Shown one piece after another: positions 10,623-22,560 of a stretch of DNA of 64,000 nucleotides. Source of the DNA: Hypanus sabinus (Eukaryota); contig NC_082714.1 of assembly GCF_030144855.1 (NCBI RefSeq), positions 95,232,001 to 95,296,000 of the forward strand, given 5' to 3'. Each line of letters starts with the position of its first letter. Position 1 is the first letter of the stretch. Made by a program: the position numbers and the translations under genes. The notes beneath the pieces were generated by a model. The model saw only the letters and a program-made list of their open reading frames with translations, had not been told where the DNA came from and ran no database searches.

Positions 10623-13600
10623 GATATAGGAGCAGAATTAGGCCATTAGGCCCATTTAGGATGCTCCGCCATTTTATCATGGCTGATCCAATTTTCCTCT
10701 CAGCTCCAATCTCCCCGTATCCCTTCATGCTCAAGAAGCTATCAACCTCTGCCTAAAACATACACAAAAACTTGTCCCCCACTGCTGCCTGTGGCAAAGA
10801 ATTCCAGATTCACCATGCTCTGGCTAAAGAAATTCCTCATCTTCATTGTAAAAGGGCACCCCCTCTATTCTGAAGCTGTGTCCTCTGATCTTAGGCTTTC
10901 TCATCATATGAAACATTCTCTCCACATCCACTCTATCAAGGCCTTTCACCATTTGATAGGTTTTAATGAGGTCATCCCTCATTCTTCTGAGTTCTGGTGA
11001 ATGCAGGCCCAGGGTCAAACACTCTTCATATGACAAGCCAGAATCATTTTTGTGAAGCTCCTTTGAACCCTCTCCAATGTCAGCCAGCACATCCTTTCTA
11101 AGATAAGGGGCCCAAACCTGCTCATAATACTCCAAGTGAGGTGTCACCAATGCTTTATGAAGCCTCAACTTTACATCCTTGCTTTTATACTCTAGTCCTC
11201 TTGAAATTAATGCTGACATTGCACTCGCCTTATTCACCAGAGACTCAACCTGAAAATTAACCCTTAGGGAATCCTGCACAAGGACTCCCAAGTCTCTTTT
11301 GTGCCTCGTGTTTTTGTGCATTTTCTCTCCAATTAGTAAAGAGTCAATCCTTTCATTTCTTTTACCAAAGTGCATGACAATACACTTTCCGACACCGTAT
11401 TCTATCTGCCATTTCTTTGCTATTCTCCCAAACTGTCCAAGTCCTTCTGTAGCATCTCTACTTTCTCAAAACTACCTGCCCCTCTACTTATCTTCAAATC
11501 GTCTACAAACTTTGCAAAAAAGCCATCAATTCCAACATGCAAATCATTGACATATAACATTAAAAACAAAATCAGTCCCAACACTGACCCCTGTGGAACA
11601 CCATTAGTCACTGGCAGCCAATCAGAAAAGGCTCCCTTTATTCCCTCTCTTTTGCCTCCTGCCAATCAGCCACTACTTTATCCATGCTAGAATCTTTTCT
11701 ATAATACTGTGGGCTCATAGCTTGTTAAGCAGTCTCATGAGTGGCACTGTATCAAAAGCCCTCTGAAAATCCAAGTACACAACATCAACTTTGGTATCCT
11801 GCAAAATATATTTGTTATTTCTTCAATATTTTCCCACAGATTTGACAGGCAAGATTTTCTCTTGAGCAAATCATGCTGACTATGACCTATTTTATCACAT
11901 GCTTCCAAGTACTCTGAGATCTCATCTTTAATAAACAATTCCAACATCTTTCCAGCCACTGGGGTCAGGTTAATAGGCATATAGTTTCCTTTCTTCTGCC
12001 TCTCTCCCTTCTTAAATAGTGGAGTGACATTTACAATTTTCTGGTCTTCCGTAATCATTCCAGAATCTTACAATTATTGAAAGATTATTACTAATGTCTC
12101 CGAATCTCTTCAGCCACATCTTTCAGAACCCTGGGTTCAGTACACCATCTGGTCCAGGTGACTTATCTACACTTAACTACATACAGACTTTTCAATTTCC
12201 AAAGAACCTTCATCTAGTAATGGCAACCATATACTTGATGACCCCTGACACCTGGAACTTCCACCATACTGCTAGTGTCTTCCATGGTGAAGACTGATGC
12301 AAAATATTTATTCAGTTCGTCTAACATTTCCTTGTACCCCATTAGTACCTCTCCAGCATTGTTTTCCAGCAGTCCGATATCCACTCTTGCCTCTCTTTTA
12401 CACATTGTGTATCTGAAGAAACTTTTGGTATCCTCTTTAATATTACTAGCTAGCTTATTCTTTACCTTCTTAATGACTTTTTTAGTTGCCTTCTGTTGGT
12501 TTTTAGAAGCTTCCCAATCCTCTAACTTCCCACCAACTTTGGCTCTATTATGTGCCTTTGGCTTTCATGTCGGCTTTGACTTTTCTTGTCAGCTACAGTT
12601 GTGTCATCTTGCCTTCAGAATATTTCTTCCTCTTTGGGACATATGCATCCTATGCCTTCCAAATTGCATCCAGAAAATTCAGCCATTGCTGCTTGACCAT
12701 CATTCCTGCCAGTGTTCTTTTCCAATCAATTCTGGCCAACTCCTCCTCATGCCTCTGTATTTCCCTTTACTTCACTGTAATACTGATAAACTGTCTTTAG
12801 CCTCTCCTTCTCAAATTTCAGTGTGATTTTGATCATATTATGATCACTTTACCCTTAGGGCTATTTTACCTTGAGCTCTCTTAATATATACTGGTTCATT
12901 ACACAACACCCAGTCCAGAATAGCTGATCCCTTAGTGGGCTCAACTACAAGCTGATCTAAAAAGCCATCTCATAAGCACTCTATAAATTCCCTCACCTGG
13001 AATCCAGCACCAACCTGCTTTTCCCAATTTACCTGCATATTGAAATCCCCCATGACTACTGTAGCCCTTTTGGAATGCAGTTTCTATCTCCCATTGTAAT
13101 TAATAGACCACATTGTTTGGGGGTCTGTATACAGGATCTTTTTACCCTTGCAATTCCTTAGCTCTATCTACAATGATTCAACACCTTCCAACACTATATC
13201 AGCTCTTTCTAATAATTTGATTTCATTTTTAACCAACAAAGCAATGGCGCCCCCTCTGCCTTTCTGCCTGTCCTTTCAACACAATGTGTATCCTTGGACA
13301 TTAAGCTTCCAGCTATAATCTTCTTTCAGCTATGATTCAGTGACGCCTACAACATCCACATACCCATCTGCAACACTGCTGCAAGCTCATCGACCTTATT
13401 CTGTATACTGCGCATTTTCAAATACAACACCTTCAGTGCAGTATTCACCCTTTTTGATTTTGTCTGCCTTTTACGTTGCAACTCATCCTGTTGACTGTAA
13501 TTTTGCCCATTCAATAGCCTCTCCTCACTACATATTATCTCCGTAAACCAGCTATCTCAGCTTTGGCACTGTCATCTACCTTTCCTATGATACTTCTTAC

Positions 13601-14600
13601 ACTGAAATATACGCAGCTCAGGACACCATACTCAACCTTTTGATTCCTAACTTAGTCTAAAGTCTTAACGACATCCGCCTCCATAACCTCCCCACTGACT
13701 GTTTTAGCACTCTGGTTCCCATCCCCCTGCAGTTCTAGTTTAAACACCACCATGCAGTATTAACAAACACTCCCATCTGGACAGTTCCCACCTTCTGTGA
13801 AGAGAGTCCAATGATCCAAAAATCTTGTGCCCTCTCTCCTACACTGACTCCTTAGCCATGTATTAACCTGTGCAATCTTCCTAGTTCTGGTTCTCACTGG
13901 CATGCAGCAAGGGTAGCAATCCTGAGATCACAACCCTGGAGGTCCTGCCCTTTAACTTAGCACCTGACTCCCTGAACTCCCTACACAAAACCTTGTCACT
14001 CATCCTACCCACGTCATTGGAACCTGCACGGACCACAACTTCTGGCTCCCACTTAAGTATGCTAAGGACTTGATCAGAGATATCGCAGACCCTGGCACCA
14101 GGGAGGCAATGTACCATCCAGAAATCTCATTCTCGCCTACAGAACCCCCTGTTAGTTCTCCTAACAAATCCCCTATTACCACAGTGTGCCTCTTCTCCCC
14201 CCTTCTCTTCTGAGTTGCAAAGCCAGTCTCTGTGCCAGAGACCTGACAACTGTGACTTTCCTCTGTTAGGTCAACCTCTCCCAACAGTATTCAAAGTGAC
14301 TGTGTTGAGGGGGATGGCCACAGGGGTACTCTGAACTAGCTCATTAACCCCCTTCTCCTTCCTGGCTGTCACCCAGTATCTTGAGGTCCAGCACCTTGGA
14401 TGTAACAACCTCTCTATATGTCCTATCTATCATCCCCCTCAGCCTTCCGAATGATCTGGAGTTCATCCAGTTCTACTCCAACTTCTTAACGCAGATTAAC
14501 AGAAGCTGCCAAGGACATTGGAGGTCTCCCTGCCTTCCCACATCCTGCTAGAGGAGCATTCAACTATTTTACCTGGCAGCTCTACTGTCCTAGCTGAGCA
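10623..14600 (-). mobile_element. Near full-length decayed CR1 LINE (ORF1 esterase-like, ORF2 endonuclease/RT)
   Basis: ORF1 SGNH-esterase remnants (VVIGD; VHCLPGARV; VVISGLLP) and ORF2 remnants (VTPLFKKG; GVPQGSVLG; KFVDDLKI; MHFGKRN; PHLEY), with many stops and frameshifts. Confidence 0.92.
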
Positions 14601-14849
14601 GATATAAAGAAGGGAAGATGTTAAGATGGATTCTTGGCCTCATAATGTACCTTGCTGTGATCTTCCACTGTTATCTTTTACCTGCACTGCACTTTTTAAA
14701 TAGCTTTTACAATTTATTTTTGTTATTTTACATTATTTGAGCTCAGTGCATTGTGTGTGTAATGATTTCATCTGCATGAACAGACTGCAAGACAAGCTTT
14801 CACTGGACCTTGGCACATGTGACAATAATAACCCACACCGATAGACATT

Positions 14850-15130
14850 GGCGTAGTGGTTAGCGTGACACTGTTACAGCTCGAGGCGTCGGAGTTTGGA
14901 GTTCAATTCTGACGTCATCTGTAAGGAGTTTGCACATCCTCTCCGTGAAACGAGGGTTTCCATCAGGTGCTTCGGTTTCTTCCCACAGTCCAAAGACCAG
15001 TTAGTAAGTTAATTGGTCATTGCGAATTGTCCTGTGATTAGACGAGGGTTAAATAGGTGGGTTACTGGGCAGTGTAGCTTGTTGGGCTGGAAGAGCCTGT
15101 TCCCCACTCTATCTCTAAATGAAATAAATT
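14850..15130 (+). mobile_element. tRNA-derived V-SINE/HE1-like SINE
   Basis: A-box-like gcgtagtggttagc, B-box-like gagttcaattc and the core ggtttcttcccacagtccaaagac. Related copies at ~9430-9680(-), 18810-18990(+), 22570-22830(-), 22910-23140(+), 25470-25680(-) and 42300-42580(+). Confidence 0.75.
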
Positions 15131-15724
15131 TAAACAAAAAGAGTGGTTGATACCCACGCTGCCAGAAGAGGTGGAGGAATCAGATACACCACTCTGTTTT
15201 AAGGGCACTGATACTGATTCAAATGTGCAAGGCAGAGAAGGACAAGGCAAAAGGGATGACTATAGATGACCATAGAGAGTAGCTGAGATAGTGTGCTGCA
15301 AGGCCTGTTTCTGTGCTGTGTGGTAATAACTAAGATGCTCCCTTTCTCTCTTTTAATTTGACAACGTACTGTGAAACGTCTTAGAACACAGAACAGTACA
15401 GGCCATTCAGCCCATGTTGTGTTGACTATCAGTCTAACCCTTCCCTCCCAAGTAACCTTAATTTTTTTATGTGCACCATGCATCTTCTTTTGCACATTGG
15501 TTATTTTCCAGTTTTTATTTATGCATAATTTTTCATAACTATTGTATTTTGCTATTTCCCTGTGAATGTCCAGAAGAAAATTAATCTCAGGGTAGTACAT
15601 GGTGACATACATGTACATTGACTTTGAGCTTTGTATCATCTATGTGCTAAGAGTTTCTTAAATGTCCCTAATGGGCCTCTACCACCCCAGGCAGCGTGTT
15701 CCACACACCCACCACTCTGTACAA

Positions 15725-16610
15725 GTGAAGTCTGTCTGTAACTTCCACCATCTCCAACTGGATCGCACCACCAAGCACATCTTTCCCACTTCCTGCTTTC
15801 CACAGGGACTGTTCCCTATGCGACTCCCTTGTCCATTCATCCCTCCTGGGGTCTTATCCTTACAAGTGAAACAAGTGCCACACCTGCCCCTACACCTCCT
15901 CCCTCACTACCATTCAGATCCCCAAACAGTCCTTCCAGCTGAGGCAACGCTACACCCGTGAGTCTGCTGTGGTCATCTACTGTATCCAGAGCTCCCGGAG
16001 TGGCCTCCAGTTTATCAGCGAGACCCGATGTAGATTGGGAAACTGCTTCGCTGAGCACCAGTAGCCACCCATTTCAAAATTCTACTTCCATTCCCATCCT
16101 AACATGTGAATCCATGACCTGCTCTAGCGCATGATGAGGCCACATGCAGGCTGGAGGAGCAACAACTTATATTTTGACTGGGGAGCCTCCAACCTGAAAG
16201 CATGAACATCGATTTTTCAAACTTCTGGCAATTGCCCCCACCCCCCTTCATCATTCCCATTCCCCTCTCATCTCCTTCCCTGCCCAGCACTTTCCTCTGG
16301 TACTTGTCCCCTTTCCTTTCCATCCATGGTCTTCTACCCTTTCCTATCAGGTTCCCACTTCTCCAGCCCTCTATCTCTTTCCCTAACTGCTTCACTCCCC
16401 CTCTCGCAGTTTCACTTTACAACTACCAGCTTGTATTTCTTCCTCCCCTCACCACCTTGTTCTACCTTCTCATCTTTTTCTCCCAGTCCTGCTAAAGGGT
16501 CTCAGCCTGAAACATTAACTGATTACTGTTTTCCATAGATGCTGCCTGACCTGCTGAGTTCCTCCTGTATTTTCTGTGTGTTGCTTGGATTTCCAGCATC
16601 TGCAGATTTT
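15725..16610 (+). mobile_element. Penelope-like element 3' fragment (GIY-YIG region plus terminal repeat)
   Basis: Remnants of FQ.R..TCES..VIYCI and EEQ.LIF.LG.LQP..MNIDFSNF, followed by the terminal repeat gatgctgcctgacctgctgagttcctcc. Confidence 0.8.
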
Positions 16611-16989
16611 TATCTTATGTAAAAGTTCTACCTCTGACATTCCCCCTGATACTTTCCTCCAATCACCTTAAATTATGCCCTCTCGTATAGGCCATTTCCA
16701 CCCAAGGCAAGAGTCTCTGACTCCATCTGCTCCTCTTACCATCTTGTACATCTCTATCCAGTCTCCTCTCACCTTTCCTTTCACACATCCTTTCCTCATA
16801 AAACATGTTCTCTGATCCAGGCCTAATCCTCAGCATCCTAATCATCTCTGTACCCTCTCAAAAGCTTTTACACCCTTCCTATAAAAGGCACTAGAGATGA
16901 GCATGCGAACCATATAAAGCCGTCTATTGTAGAGGCACATAGAAGGGCAACAGGCATCCACACATCCTTGGGTTCAGACCATTAAAAGT

Positions 16990-17680
16990 TATGCAGCAGA
17001 ATTAGGTCATTTCACCCACTTCATCAATCCATCATGGCTGATTTATTTTCCCTTTCAACCCCATTCTCCTGCCTTCCCCATGCCCTTACTGTCCTTACCC
17101 ATCAAACTCCATTTTAAATATACTCAAGTGACTAGGCCTCCACAGCCATCTGTGACAACGAATTCCACAGATTCACCACCCTCTGGATAAAGAAATTCCT
17201 TCTCTTCTCTGTTCTAAGCAATGTCCTAACATTTTGAGACTGTGCCTAATGGTCCTAAACTTTCCCACTACAGGAAACATCCTCTCCACATCCACATAAT
17301 CCAGGATTATACTTACAGTATTGGATAAGTTTCAGGAGACCCTGCCGCAGTGAGTACGGTCCCAGAGCCATCAGACACCCCTCACTCGTTAACCCTGGGA
17401 TCATTCTGCTGGACCCTCTTAGATATGGGACACAAAACTGCTCACAATACCTCAAATGTGGTCTGACCAATGCCTCAGCATTACATCCTCGCTTGTACAT
17501 CCAGAAATGAATGCTAACATTGCATTTACCTTCCTTACTAATGACTCAACCTGCAAGTTAACCCTTAGGGGATCCTGTACTGGGACGCCACGTCCCTTTG
17601 CACCCTATTTTCAATTTTCTCCCCGTTTAGAAAGTTGCCTACGTCTTTATTCTTTCCACATAAATGAATGACCACATATT
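16990..17680 (-). mobile_element. CR1 LINE 3' fragment
   Basis: ALVRPHLRYCEQF remnant and CR1 3' UTR. Confidence 0.75.
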
Positions 17681-17789
17681 TCAAAATTCAAAGTTCAAAG
17701 TAAATTTATTTACTACATATGCTTATTTTGAACTTTTAACTTCCCTAAATTATATTCCATTTGGTTTGTGGGATGTGGGCAGAAAATGT

Positions 17790-18160
17790 CTTAGAAACAT
17801 CCTCTTCCTGTCCTGGTAGAGATATATCTCTAACAAAGAAGGTGTAAGGCACACCTTCCCTTCGTTAGTCTGCTGGTCAACCTTGGGCAAGGTGTAGTAC
17901 CTGGTTAACCCCATGATCAGGGTCATGTGTGGCCAAGGGAGCAGGTGGTGGATGGTCGTATACCACAAGTCCTGGTTATACCACCACTGATACCAGGCAA
18001 AACAATCTCTGAAGGGTATTGATAATGGCTGGGACTGCCCACCTTGTATAGACACTACCCAGAAGAAGGAAATGGCAAACCACTTCTGTCGAAAAATTTG
18101 CCAAGAACAATCATGATCAACCATGTCATACGACATGGCACATAATGACGACGATGATGA
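17790..18160 (+). mobile_element. RTE-related SINE-like repeat
   Basis: gaaggaaatggcaaaccacttc...ttgccaaga motif resembles RTE/BovB-associated sequence, with a (gat/gac)n tail. Family assignment is inference. Confidence 0.45.
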
Positions 18161-18646
18161 CAACACTCCGCCTTCAGATTTCTGAGCTGTCCATGAATAA
18201 TACCTCACTATTTTTCTTTCTTTTGCATTACTTATTTTTTATATTTCTTATTGTGATTAATAGTAATTTTATGTCTTGCTGTACAATGCTGCTGCAAAAC
18301 AACACATCTCACTGTCATAATAAACCTGATTCTTTGACCAGGAGGAGGAGAGAGGTCAGGATCGAGCCCAGGGTGTCTGGAGCCAGGACGCAGTCACAAT
18401 GTGCCACAGCATATTGAGAACACACAGTGAGGGGTGGCACAGTAGCTTGGCAGTTGGCATATGCAATTGCCACAGACAGCTGTGGACTTGGGCCAGAATG
18501 GCCTGTCACCATGCTGTATCTGTAAATAAATAATCACCAAGGCAGCTGACCCACACTGCTCCTAGAACATCTGATCTGAACCAACCCACAGCCCTGCCCC
18601 TTACAAGGAGAACTCATGGTTCACTGCGCACAGCGGCATCACTCAC

Positions 18647-18703
18647 CTACAGGGCTTGGGCACCCTCCGTTGGACGTAGAGAGCTCTGGTCCCACCAACG
18701 AAC
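18647..18703 (-). CDS. MEF2D: MEF2D coding exon 5 (57 nt)
   Basis: Found by hand. Acceptor ccatatctgcag|, encodes (G)SLVGPELSTSNGGCPSPV(G), homologous to mammalian AMLGGDLNSANGACPSPV. Donor TAG|GTGAGT, phase 1/1. Confidence 0.93.
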   Translation of the reverse strand, partial: VRWWDQSSLRPTEGAQAL

Positions 18704-19071
18704 CTGCAGATATGGAGGGACAGAAGGTAGTGTTAGAACAAGAGGGTGAGAATGAGCAGTGGGCCCTCCCCACAACCACCCCCCACCTCTGAAACCTCCC
18801 CGCCTCAGTTGAGATGCCACAACACTCACAGCCACTGAAGTTTGTACATTCTCACTGTGACTGCGTGGGTTTGCTCTGGGAGCTGATTCTCTCCCACATT
18901 CCAAACACGTCCAGGAGAGGGTTAGTAAATTGGGTGCATTCTGTTGCTGTCGGAAGCATGGTGACACTTGCAGGCTGCCCCAGCAAATCCACAGACTATG
19001 TTGGGCATTGACACAAACGACTCATTTCATTGCACATTTCGCGACAAATAAAGCTAATCTTTAATCTTTAC

Positions 19072-19291
19072 CTGGGTTGCCGGAACTCGGCGGCCTGGAG
19101 GGAATGCCAGGAGACACGGTGTTCCTCCTCATCACGGTCTGCTGCGGGCTCAGAAGGCTGGAATCGGTGAGCGAGGTGGTCACCAGTGAGGGGCTAACCA
19201 GGGATGAGCCGGGGTCACTGTAGGGCAACACGCTCTGACTGCCGATGGAGATGGTCACCGGCACGCTGAAGTTCGTGGGCTGCATGGTTGA
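19072..19291 (-). CDS. MEF2D: MEF2D coding exon 4 (Ser/Pro-rich transactivation region)
   Basis: 220 nt encoding STMQPTNFSVPVT...LLSPQQTVMRRNTVSPGIPSRPPSSGNP(G). Strong acceptor ttccctttcccctccag|, donor CAG|GTAAAG, ends in phase 1. Confidence 0.94.
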
Positions 19292-19773
19292 CTGGAGGGG
19301 AAAGGGAATGTGAAGGAGGAGAGGTCACACGACGTGAAAAGAAGGGGCCAGACCCTGGCCCTAAGCCACACACGCAGTGATCTGGGGTGGTGAGGAGACG
19401 TCCCTCCCAGAGTCAGGGTTAAAGGCAGAACGTCAATACAGCCAGTCACTTAACTATGGCACCACAAGAAACAAATGACTACACAGATCAACGCTCGCAG
19501 GCCCTTCGGCCTGTTGATCCTGTGCCAACTTCCAAACGCGCAATTCCCCGCCCGACCCGTACAGAGAAACAGACATAACTCAAGGGGACAAAAAAGGCTT
19601 TGAACATTTCCCCAAAGGTGTTGGGCCAGGGAAGCACTTCTCCTCACCACCCCAGATCACTGTGCGTGTTGCTTGAGGCCAGGGTGTGGTCGCCATCTAG
19701 ATCGTGTCCCTCAGACACCCACCGGGAGCCACAACTATAACCCATGTTGTGAGGTTTGGCGCACAACACTTAC

Positions 19774-19911
19774 CCCATATCTCTTGAACAAGACGTCAAT
19801 GTCATCGGTGACCTTCCGAAACTTGTCCTCCATGAAAGGGCTCTGCTCGATGGCGTCGTCCACATCAGGCTCGGGGCTGTCGCACCCGTTAAACCCCTTC
19901 TTCTTCAGGGT
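19774..19911 (-). CDS. MEF2D: MEF2D coding exon 3, alpha1 type
   Basis: 138 nt encoding TLKKKGFNGCDSPEPDVDDAIEQSPFMEDKFRKVTDDIDVLFKRYG, colinear with mammalian MEF2D alpha1 (TLRKKGFNGCDSPEPD...FRRYG). Acceptor ccttcccaccacag|, donor GGG|GTAAGT, phase 0/0. Confidence 0.96.
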
Positions 19912-20365
19912 CTGTGGTGGGAAGGAGGGAATGAGTTGGGCACTGTGACCAACAGCAACACCCAACACCTTTCGGAGAACTGGACAGACCCAGCCCTTCA
20001 CACCCGGCAAGGATCAGACAGGGTCAGGAACAGGCAGATGGTAATCTAAACTGCAATCATGGTCAGCACAGACATGGGGGGTGGGGGGGGGGGCAGAATA
20101 GCTTGTTCGTTTGTCCCAACAGAGAACATCCTGTACACACTAAGATCCAATAAGGATGAATGGGATAATGTAGAACACAGAAAAGTACAGCACAGGCCCT
20201 TCAGCCCACAATGTTATGCCTACCTTTTAACCAACTCTATGATCAATCTGATCCTTTCCTGACACATATCCTCCATTTTTCTTTCATCCATGTGCCCCTC
20301 TGAGTCTCTTAAATGTCCACAATGTACCTGCCTCTACCACCATCCCTGACAGTGTTTTCCACATA

Positions 20366-20574
20366 CAAGTGTCCTCCCCATTTACAAAGGTAGAGCATTC
20401 CTATGAAACCTTTTTTAAGCCGAAATGGCATAAAGTGAAGAACCATTAATTTATATGGGAAACATTTCTGTAAAAGTGAAAATCCTCTTTGTAAAGCGAA
20501 AACAAGTTACTAACATAGGTCTTTTGTGAAAGCGAAGTGGCGTAAAGCGAACATTTGTAAAGCGGGGACACCTG
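20366..20574. mobile_element. Tigger/pogo-like MITE (209 bp)
   Basis: TA flanks at 20364-20365 and 20575-20576. Imperfect TIRs caagtgtcctccccatttacaaa / tttgtaaagcggggacacctg. Splits a CR1 tail that resumes on both sides. Confidence 0.8.
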
Positions 20575-22179
20575 TACCCACAACCTTCTGTAAAAGCCTT
20601 GACACTCCCCTACACTTTCCTCCAATCACCTTAAAATTGTGCTCCCTCATGTCAGCCATTTCCGCCCTGGGATAAAGGCACTGCCTGTCCACTCAATCTC
20701 TGCCTCTTACCACCTTGTACAACACACTTCTCATCCTCCTTCACTCCAAAAAGAAAAGCCCTCGGGATTTGGGCTATATTTGTATTTAGAAAAGATTTTT
20801 TGTAACTGTATTTTTTCTGCCATCATAGTTACATGTGCTGTATGCTGTGTGTGACTGTTGGGAATGCGTTCTCTACCTTGACCCCAGAGGAACAATGTTT
20901 CATTGGCTGTATTTCTGTGTATGGTTGAATGACAATTAAACTTGAACGTGAACTAAATGCAGTGTTAACTTACAGTGGAAGTTGAAAGAAAGTTGGACAA
21001 ACTCCCTGCTCACTTTATGTGGTGGTGGGGGGTGGGGGTCACCCACATTGCAGTGACACCCTCAAGAGCACATGGGGCAGAGGGATGGGAGAAAAGGTCT
21101 CAACTGTTTCTCTTCCCTCACACGCTGGGCACTCCCAGCATCTTCCCTGGCGTCATCCAGCCCGCATCTTAACCAGACACATTTACTTGATCTTCGTGAC
21201 ACTGCTGCTTGTGAGGACCTGTGTATGGTCTTACTATATTACAGTAGTGACTGATGGTCACTGACCAGAGATGAGGAGGAATTTCTTTAGCCCGAAAGTG
21301 GTGAATCTGTGGAATTTATTGCTGTTGACAGCTCTGGGGGCCAGTCATAAGTTATATTTAAAGCAGAGTTTGATAGGTACTTGAATCAGAATCAGGTTTA
21401 CATGTTGTGAAATTTAATTTAGCAGCAGCATTTCAATGCAATACATGATAATATAGAAATAAAAAAGTAAATCAATTACAGTAAGTTTATATAGTAGATT
21501 CGATAGATTAAAAATAATGTACAAAAAAAAGTGAGGTAATGTTCATGGGTTCAATGTCCATTTAGGAATCATACGGCAGAGCGAAAGAAGTGCCTTCAGA
21601 CTTCTGTACCTCCTTTCAGACGGTAACAATGAGAAGAGGGCATGCCCTGGATAATGTGGGTCCTTAATAACAGACATTGCCTCTCTGCGGCACCATTCCT
21701 TGGAAATGTCTTGGATTCTACAGAGGCTAGTAACCAAGAAGAAGAAGACTCATTTTAGAACTTTCTGGAGCTTCTTTTGATTCTGTGCAGCAGCTCCTCC
21801 CATGCTGACAGTGATGCAGCCTGTCAGAATGCTCTCCATGGTACATCATCAGAAGTCTTTGAGTGTTTTAGTTGATAAACCAAATCCGTTCAAATTCCTA
21901 ATGAAATACAGCTGCTGCCTTGCCTTCTTTATAGCTATATTGATTAGTCAGGACAACAAATGATACAGGGAGAATCGGGTTGAGAGGGAAAATAAATCAA
22001 CCATGTTGAATGGGCTGAATGGCCCAATTCTGCTCCTGTGTCTTATGGGTCTCGGTCTGACTGCCCATTTCAATGTAAAGTTGAAGTTTATTGTCATTCA
22101 ACCATAAACCTGTATACGCTAAACGAAAAATCATTCCTCAGTAATTTATTGTTTATTTAGTGATACAGCGTAGAGCCCT

Positions 22180-22560
22180 CCAAGGGATCACAACCTTCTC
22201 GTAGGGTTTGGAGGCTGTGTAACTCAATGACCAAGAGAGCTATGTTGGCTGCAGTCAGGGCACTATGCGTTGGCTGTTGGTTGTGTCATGCATGCCAAAC
22301 ATGACAAAAGGTGGACAGATCCTCCAGATTCGGGGCTTCGGCTCAGGGCTAACAACCCTGACTGATAAACAAAATTGTTACAGAAACAGCAGTGAAGAAT
22401 CCTTCTACAACTAAGCACGATGGAATTTATGAGTTTCCAGCTGGGACTTACACGATTGACAGCAGTGAAATTTGTGAGGAAATCTACTGACAGACCAGAC
22501 CACCAGAAAGAAAGGACCTTCATTGTTACCCTAAACACCAGTGGCTTAGTGGAGAGTGAG
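22180..22560 (+). mobile_element. RTE-like 5'-UTR-derived repeat (second copy ~25075-25460)
   Basis: Both copies share ctcagggctaacaaccctgactg...gtgaagaatccttctaca...ggaccttcattg. Each is inserted in or beside a SINE. Confidence 0.55.

Noticed and set aside
14850-14920. tRNA gene
   Set aside because: A/B-box-like head continues into SINE core sequence and I could not form a cloverleaf.
19079-19081. GC donor giving a mammalian-length 211-nt exon 4
   Set aside because: CG|GCAACC is a poor GC donor, and a strong in-phase CAG|GTAAAG lies 9 nt further on.
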